Positions 14,001 through 23,490 of a stretch of 64,000 nucleotides of DNA are shown piece by piece. A program made the position numbers and the translations under genes. The stretch is from Antedon mediterranea. Its lineage: Eukaryota > Animalia > Echinodermata. The notes beneath the pieces are model-generated. The model worked only from the letters and a program-made list of their open reading frames with translations, made no database searches and was not told the origin of the DNA. The DNA lies in the NCBI RefSeq assembly GCF_964355755.1, contig NC_092670.1, positions 17,036,795-17,100,794 of the forward strand, written 5' to 3'. Within the stretch, counting starts at the first letter, position 1. Every line of letters begins with the position of its first letter.

Positions 14001-16672
14001 TTGTAAATCTCGGTATCTCTTCTGTTGCCATGTAGTCTCCCCACAACCTTCGCTTCTCTCCACAATTGAATTGCAAAAATAGTTATTTCTTCAGTCCACA
14101 GTGATATTTTGATCTGTTGCTTGCTTATTATACACGTGTGTGTCAATGCAGCAGAAAAACCAAACAAACGCGTCACGCTCTGTTAGTTTTTGACCTCGTG
14201 TCATGGGCCGGGTCACATATACGGTATATTTTGAGTGCAGCAGAAACGGGGTACGAAATATAAGGTATATTTTGGAATATACCGTATAATATCCACAAAC
14301 GATGGGGATATTTATGCGGTATATACCGCATATATATACGGTATATTTTTTATGAGACCCATTTCTGCTGCCAAAAAATATACCGTATATAAAATATACC
14401 GTATATATACGGTATATTTTTGGCAGCAGAAACGGGGCCATATACCACCAGTAAATAAAATATACTGTAACTCATATACCACCAGTAAATATAATACACT
14501 GTAACACATATACCACCAGTAAATAAAATACACTGTAACTCATATAGCACCAGTAAATATAATACACTGTAACACATATACCACCAGTAAATAAAATATA
14601 CTGTAACTCATATAGCACCAGTAAATAAAATACACTGTAACACATATAGCACCAGTAAATATAATACACTGTAACACATATACCACCAGTAAATAAAATA
14701 CACTGTAACACATATACCACCAGTAAATATAATTAGTACGGTAAATAACCATACTAGAACACTAAGTATTGTGTCGTAATAATATTTTCTCTGGTGTTTT
14801 TAGCCTGTTATGGTTTAACAATTATACATTTTTACATTGCTAAAATAATATTTTTTACTTTTTCCTATTTTTTTTTATGCTTTCCTCTCTTTTATACACT
14901 ATACATTCTGAATAGAATTCCTTGTTTAAAAGATTTCCATAAATTAAAATAACTAATACTAACTTAATAGTTTAGAATATATAATTCATAATTATTGTTA
15001 ATTACACAATAAACTAACCTAGTTTTTTTTAAAACTTTTAAAAATATTTTAATGCACTACCTCAATCGTCAGGGGCTGCTATATAAGTGTATCGTTTACA
15101 AGTTGAATAAACACTAGTAAAGTTAGGTTTAAGTACACCATCATGTGACGTGTATAAACTATCTATCCTTTTTAATTTAACACAAGGTGTAAATCAAACT
15201 TTACTATATAAGTTTATTAATGTCTATTTCTGTATTATTTTTTAAAGTGTAACAAAAGAGAGAACAGAAGTGATCTTCCTGGGTACATCAAGCTTAAATC
15301 CGACAGATCCTAAGGCAGAATGGTTGGAGTATGAGTTTAAATGTAAACCCGGTAATGTTACTCGAGCACCTTGTCTCATCTCACCTTATCACTACCGACT
15401 TGATTGGCTCCTGTGGTTTGCAGCTTTTCAGGTTATTATTTTTTCTCATTATTTAATTTTTTTTCACATATAACTAATAAAATAAATCATCAACAATGTT
15501 AATCAGATATTATGATCATCATCATTAATCATCATTATCATCATCATCATCATTATCATTATTTTTTCAACTATTGTCAGCCCACTACATGGTGAGGCAT
15601 TCCCAAGTCAAACCCATCCTTTTCTGACCTGTGTAGTTTTCATGCAGGCTATACCAGTAAATGCATCATCATCTGTTTTTTTTGTCTTCCATGTCGTGAT
15701 AAGTTTTGTCCATCCGTTGTCATTCTTTCTGACAAGGTTTCCTGTCTATCTATATTTCTTGATTATTAGCATAATTGTACAGTATTGCTTATTTATAATG
15801 TGCAAATTATCATAAAAAATACTTTTGACAACATTTTTGGGTTTTCACAGAGTTATCAGCAAAATAACTGGTTAGTACACTTAGCTGGGAAGTTGTTAGC
15901 AAATGATGAAGCAACAATGACGCTTATTGATCACAACCCCTTCAAACATCAAGACCCTCCTCAGTAAGTATGTTGTGCATAGTATTGATATACAGATATT
16001 GCCTGCTTTGAGGTGAAATATAAGATTTGACATCCCTGAAGCAATAATATTTTGCTTGAGGGAAATATATATTCTCAAGAGCAAAATATCATTCCCGAGG
16101 GGATGTCAAACCTTATATTTTACTAATATAAAAGGCAATATTGACATATACAATTTATGATCCGCAGTTGTAGTTATGTGAAGCAGTTTCAACCAATCAT
16201 GTTCATGTATTTGCATAGGCTATGTAATATATGAAAATAACTACTGTACTCTTTTTCTGTTATTTCTTCTGTATCTTCTTGGTAGCCATTTTTGTTTTCA
16301 ATTCAATTCCTTTATTGCTGCAAATGCCATCAAGGGCTAATATCCACTAAAACATCATACAAACATATTTTGTCTTCTATTCCTCTGTTAAACAAATGCT
16401 TTTCATTGACTTTAGTTATATTTACATTTTCTAGGTTCATAAAAGTGGAACATTATGGATACAAGTATACACAAGTTGGAAGTAAAGAGGCTAAAAACGG
16501 TGCTTGGTGGACTAGGAAGTACATTGGTAACTATCTACCACCGGTATCGCTAGGGAGTTTAAAAGAGTACATGTCTCAACAAGGCTGGGATATTCCACGA
16601 TTTATGAGGAAGAAATTCCGCGAACACAAGAAAAATGAACAGAAACAAAAGAAAGAGAAAAAGAAAGTTTGA
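7838..16672 (+). CDS. LMF1: Lipase maturation factor 1, full spliced gene: join(7838-8042,8414-8720,8832-8842,8946-9094,9398-9463,10532-10702,11338-11512,12842-12995,15248-15431,15851-15963,16435-16672); 1773 nt = 590 aa + stop
   Basis: All introns are GT-AG, all phases are compatible and the length is divisible by 3. Family motifs: GTYWLTRIVFLR, HQNKELIGSKGLLP, LYHSLVNVGQRWYGFGWESQLLE, GLIKIRGDQCWRDLTCMNYHYETQPVPNP, SGNLSFLNWLT, QAMNTSFDPLRIVNTYGAFGSVTKERTE, YEFKCKPG...PCLISPYHYRLDWLLWFAAFQ. C-terminus KKEKKKV. Confidence 0.95.
8414..8720 (+). CDS. LMF1: LMF1 exon 2
   Basis: Acceptor ttttgcag; VAYLVALHQNKELIG...LVNVGQR; donor gtaagt at 8721. Confidence 0.93.
8832..8842 (+). CDS. LMF1: LMF1 exon 3 (11-nt micro-exon, completes W-Y-G-F-G)
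   Basis: Long T-tract, tttag|gtatggttttg|gtaagt; needed to join phase 2 to phase 1 and to restore the conserved WYxFGWE motif. Confidence 0.88.
8946..9094 (+). CDS. LMF1: LMF1 exon 4
   Basis: tttag|ga; WESQLLECGFLAIF...FRWLIFRIMIGA; donor gtaagt at 9095. Confidence 0.93.
9398..9463 (+). CDS. LMF1: LMF1 exon 5
   Basis: ctgtag|gga; GLIKIRGDQCWRDLTCMNYHYE; donor gtaaga. Absent from the ORF track. Confidence 0.92.
9851..10004. mobile_element. MITE family 1 copy (LMF1 intron 5)
   Basis: ctgtctacactatcaaac ... gtttgatagtgtagacagagctt|ta. Confidence 0.85.
10532..10702 (+). CDS. LMF1: LMF1 exon 6
   Basis: ttatag|aca; TQPVPNPISYYLH...NHFIELVVP...QILFQ; donor gtatgt. Confidence 0.92.
10836..11042 (+). 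mobile_element. 5'-truncated SINE with Deu/Nin-like domain in LMF1 intron 6
   Basis: ggatgtaaagccattggtcctgtg...gttaaagaa...acactttttgaaaagagtaaggg...ctcggtgtg resembles the recalled Deu/Nin domain; a second copy lies at 19486-19580. Confidence 0.65.
11338..11512 (+). CDS. LMF1: LMF1 exon 7
   Basis: ttcacag|ata; IVLITSGNLSFLNWLTILPCICFFDD...; donor caag|gtatta (phase 1). Confidence 0.88.
12842..12995 (+). CDS. LMF1: LMF1 exon 8
   Basis: tttacag|gt; ...YLSIPVVKNLLSQRQAMNTSFDPLRIVNTYGAFG; donor ag|gtgaac. Confidence 0.92.
13570..14439. mobile_element. Non-autonomous DNA transposon, PIF/Harbinger-like, 870 bp, in LMF1 intron 8
   Basis: TIR ggccctgtttctgctgcca / tggcagcagaaacggggcc (1 mismatch); 3-bp ATA duplication; subterminal aatataccgtata arrays. 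Confidence 0.8.
14440..14732. repeat. 34-bp minisatellite, ~8.5 units
   Basis: ccaccagtaaataaaatacactgtaacacatata; units start at 14445, 14479, ... Confidence 0.95.
15248..15431 (+). CDS. LMF1: LMF1 exon 9
   Basis: tttaaag|t; VTKERTEVIFLG...YEFKCKPG...WFAAFQ; donor cag|gttatt. Confidence 0.92.
15851..15963 (+). CDS. LMF1: LMF1 exon 10
   Basis: ttcacag|agt; SYQQNNWLVHLAGKLLAND...NPFKHQDPP; donor gtaagt. Confidence 0.92.
15985..16153. repeat. ~170-bp imperfect palindrome in LMF1 intron 10
   Basis: atattgcct/aggcaatat, aaatataagatttgacatccc/gggatgtcaaaccttatattt, atattttgcttgag/ctcaagagcaaaatat. Confidence 0.8.
16435..16672 (+). CDS. LMF1: LMF1 exon 11 (terminal)
   Basis: tttctag|g; FIKVEHYGYKYT...GAWWTRKYIGNYLPPV...KKEKKKV-TGA. 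Confidence 0.92.
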
Positions 16673-16716
16673 AGATTGTTCAGATGTTCTGTTGTTCATA
16701 CGTTGCATGAACTACT

Positions 16717-16828
16717 ATGTACGATCTGAAGCCTCGCATGTACGATCTGAAGCCTCGCATGTACGATCTGAAGCCTCGCATGTACTTTCTGAAGCCTCGC
16801 ATGTACTTTCTGAAGCCTCGCATGTACG
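16717..16828. repeat. 21-bp tandem repeat x5 in the LMF1 3' UTR
   Basis: atgtacgatctgaagcctcgc x3, then the atgtactttctgaagcctcgc variant x2. Confidence 0.95.
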
Positions 16829-17956
16829 TCTATGTTCATAACAGTTATAATGTAATATGTTATTATAATTTAATCAATTGTTTTTAAAAGATTATCAATT
16901 TCTAATTTTTTTTTACTATCTTATATGACTGTATAGTTCCATTATGCCTGTCGTACAAAATTTGATGAAACAGGGTGGGATTATACTCAAGCATGGAATT
17001 ATACTTGTTCATATCTGGTATTTTTAATTTGTTTTTCCTTGACATTTGTTTACATTTTTTAAATTCAATTAAGTTTCAACTGCATTTTATTTATATAAAC
17101 CTTTTACAATATTATTGTCAATGTCTTTGTAATATACTCTATTATTAGTGTACTATTGTTTGTAAGGCAAAATATGTTCCTGCCTATTGTATATTATGTT
17201 CATTGTTTTTGCTATGTAAGAAAAAGTTGTATGTTTTAAAGGCAAAATAAACTTGACATTCCATTAATGTTTAAAACATATTTTACTGTAGTACAACGTA
17301 AAAATATTGCTTTGCCATTTAACAGATTTAGGAATTTATTGATTAACCACTTTTTGTGTTTACTATTTTTTGTACAAATTATGTGTGGCTATGTTATGTG
17401 TGTGTGTATGTATGTTGTGAAAAGTGTTTACTTTTTTTTGTAAAAATGATGTGTGGTTATGTTATGTGTATGTATGTATGTTGTTTAACATTCTTGAACC
17501 CTTCAAACATGTATGTGATGTAATGTTGTATTTTGGTAAAACCTACAAATTTAGTCATGTATGTTTATTTGTTTACGTGTCTTCTATTTAAAATATTTTC
17601 TTCTTAAATTTGTTAAACTGTATGATAAAATGTCTTTAACTGTTAAACTTTTCATTTATTTTCCAAATAATACTTTTTCGATCATGTAATTTGTAACATG
17701 TAATAAAATAATTTAAATCTATTATAATGTGTAATCTCTGGTTTTGTATTTTATGCAGGATGCACAATATGAACATCACATTTACTTTGATTAAATCTTA
17801 ACTGACATTAAAATGTTATTTTTTGTAGGTACAGTAAATAGGATTTGATAGGTACCTAGGTTTCACAAATCAGCTAGGTTGCATGACTTTATGTGAGATT
17901 AGAACATACCACCCTCCTGTTGGCTAACCATAGTAAGTTCATACCAAGTATTTATA

Positions 17957-18084
17957 AAGCACTGTCTACACTATTTAAACTAGTTTGACAGAAAAAGTGT
18001 GATGTGCCCAAATATGGTAGTGATATGCTCAAATATGGTAGTGATATGACATCATTGTGTCCATGTATAGCCACATCACATTTT
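17957..18084. mobile_element. MITE family 1 copy, right TIR lost
   Basis: aagcactgtctacactat + 2x aaatatggtagtgatatg. Confidence 0.75.
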
Positions 18085-19354
18085 GTTGTTGAATTTCAAG
18101 CTTTACACGAGTTGTTAAAAAACCCACATTACTACTGAACTGACAAAAACAGGATCAAGGTGGCTTGATGGTTACACATGTGACTAAGATATAGGTAGTC
18201 TGTGACGTTACTTGAAGAGGTCATTTGACATAAAACGTGATTGCCTATGTCAGTACAACAGATAAATACACTGCACTGTTTCATACACATGTTTGACATT
18301 AGTTGTTTTACCCTATTGTATTTTGCCATGACTGTTATTTCTTTAGGATGATGATATCTACAGTTAAAGGAGAAACCAATAAGATGTTCCTTGTCACATT
18401 TTCTATGCACTTTTCTGTTAATTTTTTGTACCTTGATCAATAATACCTAATTTATCATTCATGGACGGAGCAAAGAAAACTAAAATCCATAAAATCTGTT
18501 TTGGATTATTTTACAGAATTGTGAATAATTTGTTTGTTAGGGTTCTTTAAAGTTTTGAATACAAGCATTGTTAATGTGTTTTAAGTACCAGCGCCAATAT
18601 TGATGACGTCAATGCAGTGATTCGATATCAAAGATAGATTGTATTACCATTATAGTACGCAAAAATTCAAAAACCTGTTGAGATAAATCGTTTGTATACA
18701 GTACATAGTAATCAAGGTGTAGAAAAGCAAATCACATACAGCCATTCCCGCAGCCATTGCATTAAGATTTCTTAAATACCACTGATCCATGCAAAATACT
18801 AAACTTAATTGAGATGATTTCCAATAGGTCATTCAATAGATAGAGAAACTGACCACTGCTACAGTAACTGCAAATACAGCACTGTAGTTCAACCGTAATG
18901 TAGTTTTTGAATTTTTTTAATAATCTCATTAAAAAAAAAAGATCAGTTTTGTTGTTCTTTATATGAACAGCTTGTTCAAGAAAATCACCAGTTTTATTTG
19001 TACTGTAGTAATTTATTAGTACAGTTTGTCCTTTTTGGAATTCCATACAAATTGGTTATGGTTTGTTCTTTTTGGCATTCCATATGCTTTAACAGGTGGT
19101 CAGTCAACAGTGGTCAATCTATTCAATGGATAGGTTGTCATATCATAATATGTCAAATGAAAATTCCAATCGGATTATGCTTTTCATTAATAAGCCTGCA
19201 ATAGTAGTGTGAATTACATTTATATAGAAACAGCCAAGTAAATAGCAACACTTTCCGTTGGACACTGAGAAAGAATGTAAACTGGAATGCCTCTATTTAC
19301 TCTATATATAGGATGAGTTCAAATACATGTCCAAACTTAAATAATGTAGTAGGT

Positions 19355-19590
19355 GAGACTAGCGGTTTGGCATAATGGTAATGAATAATAGATTAGCATG
19401 CGAGAGACATAGGTTTTTAAGACTTGTCTGTGTGCTTGCTTGCTTGTTTGTATCCTTCGATACTTTACTCTCATTGCCTCATCGTTTGGATAGGATGTAA
19501 AGCCATTGGGCCTGTGTAAATATATAAAGAATTTGGTACACTATTGGAAAAGAGTAGGGATCAACTCCCGGTGTGTTCAACATGTGCAGG
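19355..19590 (+). mobile_element. Degenerate tRNA-headed SINE with Deu/Nin-like domain
   Basis: A-box-like tggcataatgg, then gtatcctt..gatactttactctcattgcctc, then ggatgtaaagccattgggcctgtg...aaagagtaggga...cccggtgtg shared with 10836-11042. Confidence 0.65.
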
Positions 19591-19647
19591 TTCAGGGTGA
19601 ACAGAGTTTTACTCCAGATTAAAGAAGAGATTAATCATTAAATAGTA

Positions 19648-20154
19648 AAGCTCTGTCTACACGGCTTTACCACGTTGAAACACCGGTTCTCGTCAGATCA
19701 CCGAAGTTAAGCAACGTTGGGCCTGGTTAGAGCTTGGATGGGAGACCATCTGGGAATAGCGGGTGCTGTATACGGAGCTGGGGTCCCGTTAGGCATTTGA
19801 AATCAGCACTGCTGACTCTTATGGCAGCCCCTGCATCTAGTATCTGCCTCAGACCTCTGGTCAAGGTGGGCACTGGACGAGAGAAGCCCTTGATCAATGT
19901 CAGGACCAATCAAGGTGCTTTAAACTCTCCTGGCTTTGTTTGTATCAAACCTGTTAGTGGCGGTAATTATCGCTGTTGGTTTCGATTGAATAAACTAAAA
20001 TAAAATAAAATATACACTATCAAACTACTTTGACAAAAAAGTGTAATGTGCCCAAATATGGTAGTGATATGCCCAAATAAGGTAGTGATATGACATCATC
20101 ATGGGCACATCACATTTTTTTGTCACATAAAGTTTGATAGTGTGGACAGAGCTT
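19648..20154. mobile_element. MITE family 1 copy interrupted in its left TIR by the 5S-derived SINE
   Basis: ta|aagctctgtctacac [SINE] tacactatcaaac...gtttgatagtgtggacagagctt|ta. Confidence 0.85.
19661..20012 (+). mobile_element. 5S-rRNA-derived SINE (SINE3-type): 5S head ~19661-19773, unrelated body, (TAAAA)n tail
   Basis: accacgttgaaacaccggttctcgtcagatcaccgaagttaagcaacg...ttggatgggagacc...tgggaatagcgggtgctgta matches metazoan 5S rRNA; no oligo-T terminator after the head; TACAC duplication at 19658-19662 and 20013-20017. Confidence 0.85.
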
Positions 20155-20879
20155 TAAGATAGAGAAACTGACAACATAATTCTATGACAATTTTATTCCT
20201 TATCACATATGCATAGGATTTTGATAACATAACATTTCAATCAAAATTTAAATTACTTGCTTCCTCCAGCAGACTAAAGCAACAGAAATAATTAAGTCTA
20301 CTTTTGATTACTTTTTTTTTCATCCATTTTTTGTTCACAATTGCTGGACAGCAGTACAATATCAAATATTCTTCAAAATATTTATTTCCAATGTTTATAC
20401 AACTAAATACATTTGAATATTTTTAATAATTTAAAGTGTGAACAGTACAGCATCAACCCTGCGAATATCATAAAGGGAAAGTTAATATTATAATTTTACA
20501 AATAAACAATGTTCTTATAAATTAGTAACTATTCTAGTACTCGGTTTCACCTCCACAACGATCATTAAACTAAACTGAGAAACATTCATGGTAATCAATA
20601 CACTATTAACGTTGAATAATTAGTTTTATATGGTTAAAGTTGAAAACACTGGTTATTATTAGAGGAGTTGGAAATCAAGGAAAAGTTATTTTTAAAACTT
20701 CCCGAATGTATCGGTATAATCATTACACAAATACTAAGCATTATTTCTTCTCATGGAATTTTTTTTGTAATTGGGTTAGAAATAGGAAAAATACAGTACT
20801 ATAGCCAATAACCCCCTTTATATACACAACTCTACATTACAGCATGACTGACTGAAGCACAGCTTCACAACCACGTGTC

Positions 20880-21150
20880 ATGGGCGCCTAATTACAATAC
20901 AGGTGTCCACTTGTATGGGCCAATCTATAATACTGTAAATAATATGCAATTTAAGCCCACTTGTGTTAGTTAAGATTCTGTATTAAGAAGCATATGTATG
21001 CAAATACATATTTTCGCATGTATGGGGCTTAATTACAATACAGGTGTAACACTTGCATGGACCAATCTATATAATACTGTAAATGCAATTTAAACTCAAT
21101 ATTAAGTAATAAGAAGCAGATGCATGCAAACACATAAAGTTGCATGCAGT
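20880..21150. repeat. Diverged tandem duplication, ~140-bp period
   Basis: taattacaatacaggtgt...ccaatctata..aatactgtaaat...taagaagca occurs twice. Confidence 0.8.
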
Positions 21151-21839
21151 ATAATTTAAAGTGAAACTATAAATGCCATTGTTATCACTTAATCAGAACA
21201 GCAGCTAATTAAAACTGATTGTGAAATAGCTGATCTAACTCACTCCCACATCTATCTATGTTTATAAATATAATTTATGACCTTATATTGGAAATGCATC
21301 GAATATTCAGTTTCACATTTAAAATCAATTAATCTCTTAACAAGGTAAGTTCACATTCCACTGATCATGATTACACCATGGAGGGATTTAAGCCAAACGT
21401 TTTATTCAAACTTACAGCAATAAAGTAAGGTGCTCAGCTTAATCACCCTAAATGTGATCTATAGTGGAACATGTGGAAGCAACATGTTTTAACCTTGGTG
21501 AATGTGCTAAAGATATAATTATAATGAGTCATGACAGTTTATAACATGCCTATAATTAAAAAAAAAAAAACCCCAAAATTGTGTTCCATATTCAAGGTTC
21601 AAGCGAATTGATATACAGTAAAGTTGAACATTGAGTGAATGAGATTTAATTTTAACTGCAGTTAGTTGCTTACATATGATTTTGTAATTGTTTCTTTAAG
21701 GCTAGGATTCTCTACTAAACTATTTTTATATAGAATTTATCTTTTTTTTTGGCACGTTTAAATATATACATGGTAAACTGTACAGTACTTTTAATTGTAG
21801 GCTTAATAAGCTGCATAATAAATACAAAGATACAACAGA

Positions 21840-22022
21840 CACTTACCACCCGTAACCCAACCGTAACCTCTCCCACACAAACCCTAACCCCAAGCCGCCC
21901 TAGCCCGCCCACCCACCTCTAACCCACTTACCACCCGTAACCCAACCGTAACCTCTCCCACACAAACCCTAACCCAAGCCACCCTAGCCCGCCCACCCAC
22001 CTCTAACCCACTTCTCTAACCA
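21840..22022. repeat. 85-bp C-rich tandem duplication with taaccc motifs
   Basis: acttaccacccgtaacccaaccgtaacctctccc... starts at 21841 and 21926. Confidence 0.9.
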
Positions 22023-22842
22023 CAACAAAAAAACTATAACAAATTTTGCAGGTCAGATCAACTACAACAAATGGAAAAATGTATATACATGTAGCCGACC
22101 GCCATATAGAACTCTCAGTGTTATAACTGTACATAGCATTTCGTATGTTTATTAACTAATGGCCAAATGTACATCACATTATGAATATCAAAGCTAACAT
22201 CAAATGCACCATATTCAGTATCATACAGTACATAACAAAATTAATGTTTTTTGTACGCCAATGCTCTGACAGCAAATGTAATATCTTATATCCTCAATCT
22301 GATTTACTGAAACAATAAGCATATTAACATGGCTGTCTCAATACTTAGCACCAAAATACATTTATTGTCGTTCTATACAGTATTATAATATATTCACATA
22401 CCAGATTCTTTTTAAATTATTTTCTAAATCATTTTTGTGGCTTTTTCCCAGCTATTAAATTACAATTTACATAATATAACAGGAAATATGTAAATGGTAA
22501 TTACATAGCTGTCAACTTCAAACATTTTAAAGTCGTATGGTATTAACCTTTTTTTGTCTTTTTTTTGCTATTCTATTTTTTTTTTTTTTTTAGAAAAGTA
22601 TTTCTTTTTTTTAAAAAACATAATAGATTTATTTGAAAATTGGAAGTCATACTACTATGCATATCAAAAGAATCTGAAGGAAGATTAATAAGATCGCCTG
22701 AAATTATCTAGCCCACTTTTTTTTTAGCACACCTTCTATCTATCTGCCCCATATGTCTGTTGTCCTCAATATTTTACTTGTTTCCATCATCATCTTTGTA
22801 AATATGTCACCATTAATTAGTTAATGGTTCCTCTTGCTGTTA

Positions 22843-23490
22843 TTAGCTGATCCCCATTGCTGAATGTGTTCCCTAGACCTTTGTCATGTGTTTTAGCTGT
22901 TCCCTGATTGCTGAATATCATGTGTTCCCTAGACCTTTGTCATGTGTTTTAGCTGTTCCCTGATTGCTGAATATCATGTGTTTCCTAGACCTTTCTTATG
23001 TGTTTTAGCTGTTCCTCCATTGCTGAATATATGTTTCCTAGACCTTTGTCATGTGCTTTAGCTGTTCCTCCATTGCTGAATATATGTTTCCTAGACCTTT
23101 GTCATGTGCTTTAGCTGTTCCCTCATTGCTGAATATTGTCTGTTTCCTTGTCCTTAGTCATGTGTTTAGCTGTTCCTTCATTGCTGAATATCCTATGTTC
23201 CCTAGACCTTTGTCATGTGTTTTAGCTGATCCCCATTGCTGAATGTGTTCCCTAGACCTTTGTCATGTGTTTTAGCTATTCCTCCATTGCTGAATATATG
23301 TTTCCTAGACCTTTGTCATGTGCTTTAGCTGTTCCCTCATTGCTGAATATCGTCTGTTTCCTAGTCCTTAGTCATGTGTTTAGCTGTTCCTTCATTGCTG
23401 AATATCCTATGTTCCCTAGACCTTTGTCGTGTGTTTTAGCTGTTCCCTCATTGCTGAGTATTCTCTGTTCCCTAGACCTTGTCATGTGCT
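22843..23490. repeat. ~52-55-bp satellite, ~12 monomers, with a 214-bp higher-order repeat
   Basis: tgttccctagacctttgtcatgtgttttagctgttccc...attgctgaata; near-identical spurious ORFs start at 23051 and 23265. Confidence 0.92.

Noticed and set aside
13533-14752. Cluster of overlapping Tyr/Ile-rich ORFs
   Set aside because: Translations of transposon subterminal repeats and the 34-bp minisatellite inside LMF1 intron 8
15515-15780. Old LINE 3' remnants ((cat)n tail here; also ~13060-13250, 24283-24480, 40340-40530, 46010-46075)
   Set aside because: They resemble RTE/L2/CR1 tails but are too decayed to delimit or classify by eye
19661-19773. Functional 5S rRNA gene
   Set aside because: The 5' end is clipped, there is no oligo-T terminator, it is fused to a body and A-rich tail, it is flanked by a TSD, and it is not in an array
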